This document shows, piece by piece, positions 1-10,643 of a stretch of 47,279 bases of DNA. Source of the DNA: Octopus sinensis (taxonomy: Eukaryota); the NCBI RefSeq assembly GCF_006345805.1, contig NW_021835393.1, positions 1-47,279 of the forward strand. The letters are read 5' to 3'. Every line of letters starts with the position of its first letter. The first letter of the stretch is position 1. The notes under the pieces were generated by a model. The model did no database searches, was not told where the DNA came from, and saw nothing but the letters and a program-made list of their open reading frames with translations. The position numbers and the translations under genes are program-made.

Positions 1-79
1 TGTAGAATGAATGAAATAAAACGATTTTCTGTTCAATCTGCGTTCAGCTCCATTTCTTCAATTCACCAATAATGTTTTA

Positions 80-335
80 TATATATTATATATATATATA
101 TAGTATATACATATAATACATATATACACCCATCTACATAATGCTCATATACACACATACATGCACATACGTATAACTTACATACTACTACATACATATA
201 TATAATATATATATATATACCCATCTACACATCTGTACATACACACACATACATGCACATACACATAACTGTACATACCTACATATACATCGACATACTA
301 GCATACACTTGTATATATATATATACAATATATAT

Positions 336-371
<36 letters not shown>

Positions 372-488
372 AATATATATATATATATATACACACACAA
401 CAAAAACACCCAACATATATACATACATACATATAACACATATACAATATATATATATGTACAAACATATTACATATATATACATACA

Positions 489-519
<31 letters not shown>

Positions 520-538
520 TATATATATATATATACAC

Positions 539-574
<36 letters not shown>

Positions 575-598
575 CACACATATATATATATCAACAAT
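80..598. repeat. Compound (AT)n/(AC)n microsatellite
   Basis: Dinucleotide runs; the overlapping I/Y/M/C ORFs are translation artefacts. Confidence 0.97.
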
Positions 599-599
599 T

Positions 600-787
600 G
601 AGGGTAAAGTTAATTAGTTATTAATCAATTTCACCAAGTATTCAGTGTGTAAAAGGACTATTATTTTTGAGTAAACATTATCTGAGAGAAATTTTCTTTA
701 AGTAGTGGAAATGGCTAAAAAACTTTTTTGGCTGCTATTTCTAGAGAGTTCAGTATGTGGCAAAGTAATTTATTTTACTAAGCCCTA
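600..787 (-). repeat. Dispersed ~190-bp module, probably part of a Penelope-like 3' region; second copy at 26078-26207 (+)
   Basis: Reverse complement of 665-787 aligns with 26078-26207 (agggcttagtaaaataaattactttgccacatactgaactc...ctctcagata); both copies lie between microsatellites near Penelope terminal sequence. Confidence 0.6.
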
Positions 788-808
788 ATTATATAATATT
801 ATATATAT

Positions 809-842
<34 letters not shown>

Positions 843-1125
843 CACACAATATATATATATATATATACATATGCATACATACACACATACATATATACAT
901 ATATACACACACACACACACACACATACATATTATATTTACATACATACACACACAATAATACATGCGTATATTCCAACTGTACCCATACATTTCTATAC
1001 ATATATACGATACACATATACAAGCGTACACATACAATATGTGAAAGGTCTTAGGAGAAAAGGTAATCGGGGGGTGCTAGGGGAACGGTGGGATTGGGGG
1101 GGGGGTTTTGTGGGGGGTGGTGTCA

Positions 1126-1863
1126 TCAATCTGGTTGGCCGGGTAGGTCTATAGTTCTTGTAGTTGCATAAGTCTTATGCATGCAATTTGGGGAGTGTTC
1201 TGAGATCTTGTTAAGGAGAGGGCCTTTGGCGAACAAGATCTCTAGGCTCTCCGAAATGCAAAGGTCACAGCAGGTATGACCTCCTGTGTACGAACGCGCC
1301 TTCTGTAGTAGTTTCCACTTGGTCTTGAAGGGGATGGAGTTCCTTTTAAGGTACCAGATGTGGGCGGCGAGGGTGGTTTGGTTGGATTTATCCGGTCGCC
1401 GGAACGAGTGTGTGTGGGCGTACCAGCGGGTCTTAAAGCTGTTTGACGTCATTCCGATGTAGGATTTTCTTTTATCATCAGGGCCTGATCTTACCTCGCA
1501 TGTATATACGAGGTCCCTCTGTAGGCAGTTGTTGTTGAGGGGGCAAGTGGTTTTATCAGGGCAGTTGCAATTGCTATCGGATGTTGGATGGGCCTCGGAA
1601 AAAGTAGATATATTAAGTTTTTTCACATTGTAGTTAGCTAGGTTCCTGGCTAGATTGGGCGTGGTAGAGTAGGAGAGTCTAATGGTGTTCTTATTTAGGA
1701 TAGTGTAGTACTTATGTTGGGTGGGGAAGTGTTTCTGTAGGAGAGTGAAGAAGATTTTAGCTACAGGTGTAGCGACCTCACGGTTGAAGGGGAGGATCAC
1801 ATCTTGCTCGGCCTCGGTGATGGTGGTGGACCTCCTAGCGAAGTTAATCGCGTCGATCAGCAA
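1126..1863 (-). pseudogene. PLE1 reading frame: RT fragment fused in frame to GIY-YIG endonuclease
   Basis: CNCPDKTTCPLNNNC zinc motif, LVYTCEV...YIGMTSNSFKTRW GIY-YIG core, CDLC...CMH tail; RT motifs MGS/YRDD missing. Confidence 0.88.
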
Positions 1864-2801
1864 GCTCTCCGATATGGAGGCGTAGTAATCCTCGATATCC
1901 AGTTGTAAGAATCGGGTGTTGCTTTTGTCAGGTAAATCCCGGAACCAGGTTATAGCCTCGGAGGTCCTATTCTAGAGTGGAAGGGGTGAAGCTTCACGCA
2001 TTTTTGGTAAAATCCTGTCCAGGATCTTCTTGCTGACGGATCCGATGTCAGACTTGGTTGGGTTAATCAGTCGGACCGACGGTTTATTTTCGAAATGGTC
2101 TTTGTGGTCTTTCAGGGTGAAGTGGGGGGACTTCACCCTCAGGGGTCAGTTCGGTCATCGATTTTAAGGGAGGGGGCAATCTCTTTCCGGCTAAGTTGGT
2201 TTCAGTTAGCGCTGTGTCGTCTACTTTCTTGTACTTAGCTGTGATGACGTTATCAGCTAGTCTGTTGTAGGTATCTGGAGTCACCGCGTAAATATTTTTT
2301 GTCTGTCCGAAGGGACATGGAGGTGCGGGGAGCTTTTCATTTTCGAAAGTTTTCTCATTCAGTTCCGTTTGGAAAGGTAGGTTGACTCTCCTGAATTGAT
2401 GTTTTTTATCATGAGGAAGAGGTCTTCTTCAAACGGTTCAAGTAGGCTGTTGGTAGGAGGGACCTTATTTGATTTGAAGCCGTACTTATCATTATTGGTA
2501 GATGCTACATCAGGATGGTCGAAGAAGAAGAACGATCTCCATCGAATTCTTTGATGAACTCATCAGTCCGTCTAATAAGGGCTTTTTGGTACTGTTTCCT
2601 GGGTGGGATAGTAATGTTCTTCAGGGAAGTGTCGAGGTCGATTCTTGTCAGCATTTTTCTTGGTGATGGTTATAAGGGCACTGGGGTGTGCTAGGATATG
2701 TAGGTCCCGGGTTGATTCGGGGTTAACCACAGTAAATAAGGTACTCAATACATAGCAGAGTAAAATTAATTATTATATAGAAAACACAATTCTTGTTAAC
2801 T

Positions 2802-2851
2802 AGCTCCTGATGATTTCTCTTGAATGAAACAGTTCTAGTCTTGTAGAAGCT
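2802..2851 (+). ncRNA. Minimal type I hammerhead ribozyme, antisense to the PLE1 ORF
   Basis: agctc-CUGAUGA-u.uuc/gaa.u-GAAA-cag...uuGUA|gaagcu; helix I bulged, helix III ACAG/UUGU. Confidence 0.75.
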
Positions 2852-2911
2852 CCTTCTATATAATAAATATATATATATATATATTATATATATATACATA
2901 TATATATATAC

Positions 2912-2992
<81 letters not shown>

Positions 2993-2995
2993 ACT

Positions 2996-3510
2996 CAAAA
3001 TAAGCAACAAGAATGACTCTGTCTTCAACATGAATCCTTTATGGACTTCTGAAACCCCCTTTACACCATTTCTACAATTAGAAAATCTTTATTGCTTCCT
3101 TCAATTTACTCCTCCCTCTCACAACCTTACAGCAGTCTGGAACAACCAAATCTTAGTTTGTCAGTTGATGGACTCCACTACCTCATATGTTCTTAACATT
3201 CAAATCCACATCTTTGTCTATATATCTACCCTCTCTATAATGTTACCACTTGATTTGAATATTTTTGTATTAATGGAAAACCTCTATAATTGGCTGATGA
3301 GTACTCAGCATCTTAAATCTGCTGTAATACTTACAACATTTAATAAAATGATGTAGTACGAAACGATCGTACCAAATTACCGGAGTCATTCTTGTTGCTT
3401 ATTTTGATTATAATCACCCCACGGATTTTTATGGATAACCCCAAACAAAATTCTGGTGCATCTAAATTAAGTACCATATTAATTTGAATCTAAATTTTTG
3501 CTGAACTTTA
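2996..3510 (+). mobile_element. Penelope-type terminal (pLTR-like) fragment carrying an HHR
   Basis: Contains HHR 3287-3379; 2996-3018 is an inverted copy of 3383-3405; downstream cattcttgttgctt motif is shared with the PLE2 termini. Confidence 0.65.
3287..3379 (+). ncRNA. Type I hammerhead ribozyme
   Basis: Helix I taattgg/ccaa(a)tta; CUGAUGA 3294-3300; helix II gtact/agtac; GAAA 3360-3363; palindromic helix III ACGATCGT; GUA cleavage after 3371. Confidence 0.85.
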
Positions 3511-3537
3511 TATTATATATATATATATATATATATA

Positions 3538-3543
3538 CAGAGC

Positions 3544-3576
<33 letters not shown>

Positions 3577-3649
3577 GAAAGAGAGAGAGAGCGAGAGAGA
3601 TGAGGAGAGAGAGAGAGAGGAAAGAGGAGAGAAAGCGAGAAGAGAGAGG

Positions 3650-3685
<36 letters not shown>
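3538..3685. repeat. (AG)n microsatellite
   Basis: Direct inspection. Confidence 0.95.
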
Positions 3686-3747
3686 GGCTATGGTCATCGT
3701 GTTAGCTTCATAAATTTTTAACAATTTTTTCCTTTCATGTTTTTCAG

Positions 3748-3797
3748 GTGTGAAATGGCGTTACGAATCATTGGACGTCTCAATAATTTTAAAATAG
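3748..3797 (+). CDS. Terminal coding exon of a paralog of the PAN-domain gene (upstream exons not found in window)
   Basis: Pyrimidine tract + CAG acceptor (3746-3747); phase-1 start; VKWRYESLDVSIILK* aligns with EISRYNALIVSILLK* of 10424-10473; same 50-nt length. Confidence 0.75.
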
Positions 3798-3829
3798 AAT
3801 ACATATACATCCCAGAAACTGCATATTCT

Positions 3830-4028
3830 TAACATACATACATACATACATACACACACACATACATATATACATACATACATACATACACACACATACA
3901 TACATACATACATGCATACATAAATACATGCATACATACATACATACATCCACACATACATACATACATACATACATACATACATACATACATAAATACA
4001 TTCATGTAGATAGATAGATAGATAGATT

Positions 4029-4070
<42 letters not shown>

Positions 4071-4265
4071 GAGATAGATAGATAGACAGATAGACAGACA
4101 GATAGATAGATAGACAGACACAGACTGACAGACAGACGGACAGACAGACGGACGGACAGACAGATGAACAGACAGACGGACGGACAGACAGACGGACAGA
4201 TGAACAGACAGACGGATATACTGACGGACAGACTGACGGACAGATGGACTGACAAACGGACGGAC
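3830..4265. repeat. Graded tetranucleotide microsatellite (TACA>GATA>GACA>GACG)
   Basis: Direct inspection. Confidence 0.95.
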
Positions 4266-4652
4266 AGAGTTTATCCTTCATCAGTATATATCGTTGCTTA
4301 TCAAGGAAATGCAAGATATTCCACCCCACCGCCACCCAAAGTCCATACACACACACACATATTTTTCTGTCATTTATTTAATATGCTTTCTGTGGTGCAC
4401 GAATGGGAAACACTCCGCGACGCACGAATGTAATATATTCGAATGAAATATTTCCGAATTGAATATCTCAAAGAGTAACTATTCTTTCTGGTTACTTTAC
4501 TCTTGTACTATTTACTCTGTAACCCAGTTATTCATTTTATTGTTGTTAAATAAAACATTTTTATCTGAGAAAATTAGTCGTCTGTCATATTTCTAAAATA
4601 ATTCCCCTTCTTCTTTATATCAACTTCAACATATAGCATTAATACTAAATGG

Positions 4653-4818
4653 GGATCTTTTTGGTTTGACCGGTAAGTTTTTAAAATAATTTCCACGTAA
4701 CTAAACACTTTTAAACTTCGTATACTGGTAGAATGTGTTTATAAAACACTTTTTTCTCTTGCCTTTATTGAGAAAATTCTATGGTTTGTAAGATATTTGT
4801 TTTTTTTTCTTCAATTTC
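4653..4818. mobile_element. Partial MITE, same family as 15266-15701 and 30368-30783
   Basis: Begins with TIR ggatctttt.ggtttga and aligns with the 30368 copy. Confidence 0.8.
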
Positions 4819-5498
4819 TTTGAGGTCTAGGAAGACAGGACACAGTTCCAAAAGCTGATTTCAAAATACAGATTCTTATAAAGGATGAAGATATGTGGCA
4901 CATTGCTGTACTGAAGAGCACCTGCCCACCACAACAGAATTGGTATCCAAAAACCACTTTGGTTAATCTTATCCATTATGGGATCTGCTCCATTAACTTT
5001 CAGCCTTCGCCCACATTTCATCCCCTAACACCCTTGACTTCTTCTATCATCTGGTGCAAAACAAGCACATATTCCACCCCGCCTGACTTCCTCAGTTACC
5101 TTCTTCCCCTGTCTCCTGTCTCTAATAATCTCCTTTCTCTGCCTTTTCTCCCCCTCCCCTTGCTCTTCCCCATCATCAACTCCTTATTTACTTGCTATCA
5201 CCCTCAGTGCCCTCACGTATCTCCTGCAATCCCTTACCCCAAGCTTCTATATTTCTCTCCATCTTTTATTCCCGTCATCTCCATCATGCCCCCCGTCACC
5301 CAGCCCAAACCTCCCTCTCCCCTCATCTATTCCCACCACCCCAATCTTCCTTGAGGACATGTCCCAATAATCATCACCATCATCTCTCTCACTATTGCTC
5401 TCCTTGTTTTACTCTCTAACTCACTTTCTGTTCTCCTCCAATGGGGGGATCCATGTATCTTCTCTACAGGAAGACACTTACTTCTGTTCTTGTATACC

Positions 5499-5912
5499 AA
5501 TTTCTTTACTACCCACAAGGGGCTGAACACAGAGGAGACAAACAAGTACAGACAGACGGATTCAGTCGATTATATCGACCCCAGTGCGTAAATGGTACTT
5601 ATTTAATCGACCCCGAAAGGATGGAAGGCAAAGTCGACCTCGGCGGAATTTGAACTCAGAACGTAGCGGCAGACGAAATACCTATTTCTTTACTGCCCAC
5701 AAGGGGCTACACACAGAGGGGACAAACAACGACACACAAATGGATTAAGTCGATTATATCGACCCCAGTGCGTAACTGGTACTTATTTAATCGACCCCGA
5801 AAGGATGAAAGTTAAAGTCGACCTCGGCGGCATTTGAACTCAGAACGTAGCGGCAGACGAAATACCGCTAAGCATTTCGCCCGGCGTGCTAACGATTCTG
5901 CCAGCTCGCCGC
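5499..5912 (-). mobile_element. Two tandem copies of SINE family B (head ggcggcgagctggcagaa)
   Basis: Same sequence at 9844-10071, 17319-17492 and 22955-23180; tRNA-like head with gttc box B. Confidence 0.88.
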
Positions 5913-6235
5913 TTGTCCCTGTATACCATTAATCTCACAACTAGCACAAAACCAGACCCCTCGGTAATACCCCCTACTCCACCCAGCTAACGAGTCATTG
6001 CTTTGCAAGATATTTGCTGATCCTGTCGGTGCTGGTGCTATGTGAAAAGCAGTAGTGCTGGTGCTACATAAAAACCATCCTGTACGCTCAGTAAAGTGGT
6101 TGGCATTAGAAAGGACATTCAGCTTTAGAGACCATGCGAAAACCGATTAGGGAACCTGGCGTAGAAGTTCCTTTGATCGCTGGTTGTGCCAGTTGCCAAA
6201 TAAAATTCCTCACATTGGGATCACTAACTCAGTCA

Positions 6236-6912
6236 TCATCATCATCATCATCATCGATTAACGTCCGCTTTCCATGCTAACATGAGTTGGACGATTTTGA
6301 CAGAGGGCTGGCGAACAAGATGGCTGCACCAGGCTCCAATCTTCATCTGGCAGAGTTTCTACAGCTGGATGCCCTTCCTAACGCCAACCACTCTGAGAGT
6401 GTAATGGGTGCTTTTTACGTGCCACCTGCACGGGGACCAGTCAGGCGCTACTGGCGACGACCTCGCTCGAATCCTTTCACACATGCCACCAGCACAGGTG
6501 CCAGTAAGGCGACTTTGGTAACGATCACGCTTGAATGGTGCCCTTTTATGTGTCACTGGCACAGAAGCCAGTTGGCTGCTCTGGCAACAATCATGCTCGG
6601 ATGGTGCTCTTGGAACCCTGATACCACGGGCACAAATGCCAGTAAGGCCGCGCTGGTAACGATCACGCTCGAATGGTGCCCTTTTACGTACCACCGGCAC
6701 GGAAGCCAGTTGGCTGCTCTGGCAACGATCACGCTCGGATGGTGCTCTTGGCACCCTACTAGCAAGGGCACAAGTGCCAGTAAGGCCACGCTGGTAACGA
6801 TAACGCTCGAATGGTGCCCTTTAAGTGCCACCAGCACGGAAGCCGGTTAGCCGCTCTGTCGATGATCACACTCGTATGGTGCTCTTTGCACCCTGCTATC
6901 ACGGACGCCAGT
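6236..6912 (-). mobile_element. Non-autonomous retroposon with RTE-like 3' tail, (GAT)n end and internal 138-bp tandem repeat
   Basis: Minus strand ends gtggttggcgttaggaagggcatccagctgtagaaa...gatgatgatg; units start at 6500, 6638 and 6776. Confidence 0.65.
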
Positions 6913-7590
6913 CATCGAATTTGATTTTGATTTTGCTTTTGATTGATTGATTGATTTCACTTGCCTCAACAGGTCTTCGCAAGCAGAGTTTTAGTGTCCA
7001 AAGAAGGAAAAGGTACGCATACAGCGTTAACATTATATTGTAAAACCTTCAGAGCATACCGTAAATCTTCGAGTATAATCCACATTTTTTCCCCAAAATT
7101 TAAAGGTCAAAATCCCTAATGCGTACTATATACGAGGTTAAAAATGAATATTATTTTCTAAGCAATGTCTGAGTCTCTATTTGCTGTGCGGTGATGTTTA
7201 TTCAGATGCATTTTGTGATGTCGGGCGTGAAAATACGTTAAGCTAAGCCTGAAAGCTTAAAGAGAAGAGAAATGTGTTACAAATATGACAGACGAGTCTT
7301 TTTCTGGGATAAAAATGTTTTATTTAACAATAAAAACGGTAAAGCAACGACAGAGAAGAGTCACTCTTGAAATATTACATTCGGAAAGCAACTTGTTTCG
7401 GGTGCATCAGAATATTCCAGAAGGTTTACTGAGCATCACAGAAAAATCTACGAATGTGTGTGTGTGTGTGTGTGTGTATAATAAATAATATATATGCGTG
7501 CATATATGTGTACAGGATTCAGTATGCATACACACCTTGGTTTTTTTAATAATAAATAAATAAATAAAATAAATATATATATACACATAT

Positions 7591-7977
7591 ACTCTTTTAC
7601 TCTTTTACTTGTTTCAGTCATGTGACTGTGACCATGCTGGAGCACCGCCTTTAGTCGAGCAAATCGACCCCGGGACTTATTCTTTGTAAGCCCAGTACTT
7701 ATTCTATCGGTCTCTTTTGCCGAACCGCTGTTACGGGGACGGTTGTCAAGCGATGTTGGTGGGACAAACACAGACACACAGACATATACACACACATACA
7801 TATATATACATATATACGACGGGCTTCTTTCAGTTTCCGTCTAGCAAATCCACTCACAAGGCTTTGGTCGGCCCGAGGCTAGCGTACAAGACACTTGCCC
7901 AAGGTGCCACGTAGTGGGATTGAACCCGGAACCATGTGGTTCGTAAGCAAGCTACTTACCACAAAGCCACTCCTACG
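7591..7977 (-). mobile_element. SINE family A (head caggagtggctgtgtggtaag, central microsatellite, (AAAGAGT)n tail)
   Basis: Matches many other copies in the window. Confidence 0.9.
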
Positions 7978-8459
7978 CTATAGTAAATAATGTCTATTTG
8001 CATGCATATATATATATATATTATTTATTACAGGATGTCACCAATGGTGCAAATATCTTGCATTTCTGAGTACATGGTGGTAAAAGTATAAAGAATTTAA
8101 CAAAACATCATTTTTTTATATCGTAAAATGGACACGAGAGTCTTATTTAAGACTTTGTCGATGTGCCAGGGAGTAAGAAATGTATTTGGTTGAAAACTCT
8201 AGAACAGATTTAATATTCACTGTGTTAAAAATTAATTTTTTATCATACCCCAAAGGGGTAAAAAATAACTACGTGTAATATATTGATGTAAATTTAAATG
8301 GTAATTTCATCACAACAAATCGTTATTTTCTTACATGTTTTGCCCTGTACCAAAATATTTCTATTCAGATCCAGTGAAGTTGTGTCAACCATCGTGTAGA
8401 AAATGTACAACAAAAAATTCTGATATCTAAAAATATATATCTAATATATATACATAATT

Positions 8460-8837
8460 GCGTCCCCAAAATCCATCCCCTCCTCACCATGGTGGGGACG
8501 CTGGCAACAGGTAGTGTCAGAGCTATGCCGTCGGGAACTTCGGTTCCTGGTAGGGGCCACCCAAGGTAGATTGGTCCGACACCGAGTGGTATTAGGGTCA
8601 CAACCCGGCAGACGGGGCTCTGGTGAAAATCCTCGGAGTGTCTGTTTCGGCAACCGGCGGCTCCTCGATCATTCGGTCCCTGCGTCTGCGGATAATCTGC
8701 GGCAAACAGGATGTCTCCACATACAGGATTGTTGGGGACCGCTTGTGAAATCCATATTCCCACGAAACTTCTACCATGAGTAGAAGAAGCCGACTCAACC
8801 CGCCCAGGGCGAATGTCACCACAAGTACAAGTAAGTA
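8460..8837 (+). mobile_element. 3' end of an RTE-like LINE
   Basis: QD-CWGPLVKSI resembles the RTE C-terminal QDRxxWRxLV motif; (CAAGTA)n tail; terminal caacccgcccagggcgaat resembles 21970-21992. Confidence 0.55.
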
Positions 8838-8900
8838 TATATAATTATGAAAAAGATGATAATAATAAAATAAAAGTGAATAAAAATAAAACACTTTTAA

Positions 8901-9567
8901 TCTTTATATATATAAAACTGAGAATGTGTGTCTGTCTGTCTGTGTGTTTCCCTAAAACTTGAGAACTACACAACCAATTTCATTCAAATTTTACACATGC
9001 CTTACTTAAGGTCCATGTAGTTTCATGGGCAAAAAAATGTTCAACTTCTTGCCTAGAGCGAGCCCATAGCAATATCATATCTTCTCCACTATTTCAGTAT
9101 TACGTGTTAAAAGTGAAACAAAAATATTTCTCTATTTTATGTCAGATAATTGAATTATATGTAATAAGTAATAATTAAAATCAAGCTAAAGTATAATATA
9201 ATCGTAACATAGCAATTGGTATAAAATTGCATCAATGATTTGAACTTGAATTAGTGGTTTCACATGAATGGAAATAAATTAAAAATAAAATTAGCGTGCA
9301 GAAATGGAATAGTCCAGATGGATAATAAAAAAATAAATTAAAGAAAAGACTATTTTCTATAAAGTATACAATGTAGAGAAAAAAGAAGAGCTAAAATTCC
9401 AGTCTGTTATATATTTTGAGTATTGTTATCACTAGCGATATCAAGATATAAAATTGTATTTTGCATTTTATGTGTAGATGTATATATATAGATGTACATG
9501 TAATATGTACACATATATATACACATATATACATGCACTAGCACTATGACCCGGTCTTTAATGCTAG
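8901..9567 (+). mobile_element. Non-autonomous Helitron (internally deleted relative of 46215-47279)
   Basis: 5' a|TC...tatataaa, 3' CTAG|t; body aligns with the reverse complement of 46215-47279. Confidence 0.75.
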
Positions 9568-9679
9568 TAGTCAATAAAACTGTAAAACGATGCAGTTTGT
9601 TTTTAATCCGATCAAAATTATCTAAAATTAAACCACTTTGGAAATAAGTGTAATTCATTAGTATATTTCCTGTTGTCTT

Positions 9680-9835
9680 ATTTACATTATTTACATTTGA
9701 CGGATATTTTTTCCTCATCTTGTTTGTTCTTAACACAATGTTTCGGCTGATATATCCTCCAGGCTTCATCAGGTGTCTTAGGGAAATTTCGAACTTGGGT
9801 TCTCATTCTTAAGGTAGTTTTCAATGTTATTATTA
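9680..9835 (-). mobile_element. Penelope-type terminal remnant with degenerate minimal HHR (9732-9777)
   Basis: gacac-CUGAUGA-a-gccug...cagcc-GAAAC-auu|gugu; mismatches in helices II and III. Confidence 0.5.
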
Positions 9836-9843
9836 TTTTATAA

Positions 9844-10071
9844 TTCTTTATTGCCCACAGGGGGCTAACCACAGAGGAGACAAACAAGGACAGACAAAGG
9901 GACTAAGTCGATTATATCGACCCCAGTGCGTAACTGGTACTTAATTTATCGACCCCGAAAGGATGAAAGGCAAAGTCGACCTCGGCGGAATTTGAACCCA
10001 AAACGTAGCGGCAGACGAGATACTGCTAAGCATTTCGTCCCGGCGTGTTAACGTTTCTGCCAGCTCGCTGC
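9844..10071 (-). mobile_element. SINE family B
   Basis: Aligns with 5685-5912. Confidence 0.88.
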
Positions 10072-10091
10072 TGATGTTGTTATTATTATTA

Positions 10092-10158
<67 letters not shown>

Positions 10159-10242
10159 ATATACATATACATAGATACATACATACATATATATATATAT
10201 GTATATTATATATATATATATATATGTATATGTATATGTATA

Positions 10243-10313
<71 letters not shown>

Positions 10314-10423
10314 TGTATATATTTAATATAGATATATATATATATTCTTATATATATTCTTACATATAATATATATATATATATGCTTTTTTCTTAATAT
10401 ATATATATATATATATATATATT

Positions 10424-10473
10424 CTATTTTAAAAGTATTGAGACGATCAGTGCATTGTAACGAGAGATCTCAT
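10424..10473 (-). CDS. Coding exon 5 (last) of secreted PAN/apple-domain protein
   Basis: Strong acceptor ttttccttttatttttctttcag; phase 1 matches exon 4; EISRYNALIVSILLK*. Confidence 0.8.
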
Positions 10474-10542
10474 CTGAAAGAAAAATAAAAGGAAAAATTT
10501 GTTAAAAAGTAATTCGACGATCATGCACGTATATCTCTCTCC

Positions 10543-10585
<43 letters not shown>

Positions 10586-10643
10586 GCTAGCTAGCTAGCT
10601 ATCTATCTGTCTGTCTGTCTGTCTGTTTGTTTATATCTATCTA

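Larger units (their letters stand above)
1038..2865 (-). mobile_element. Penelope-like retroelement 1 (probably Naiad-type), decayed and internally deleted, with an inverted HHR-bearing terminal segment
   Basis: ATG at 2654 gives MLTRIDLDTSLKNITIPPRKQY (PLE N-terminal SLKNIxIP motif); frameshifted RT remnants 1800-2500; C-terminal GIY-YIG; terminal 2700-2780 matches 25226-25310. Confidence 0.9.

Noticed and set aside
279-1037. Many I/Y/M/C/V/H/T-rich ORFs here and at 3761-4433, 23057-24163, 25659-26996, 29585-29910, 32159-32835, 35516-36771
   Set aside because: Translations of stop-free microsatellites; no splice or domain evidence
6287-6850. 187-aa ORF as a host gene
   Set aside because: Lies antisense within a retroposon-like repeat; no recognisable domain or splice signals
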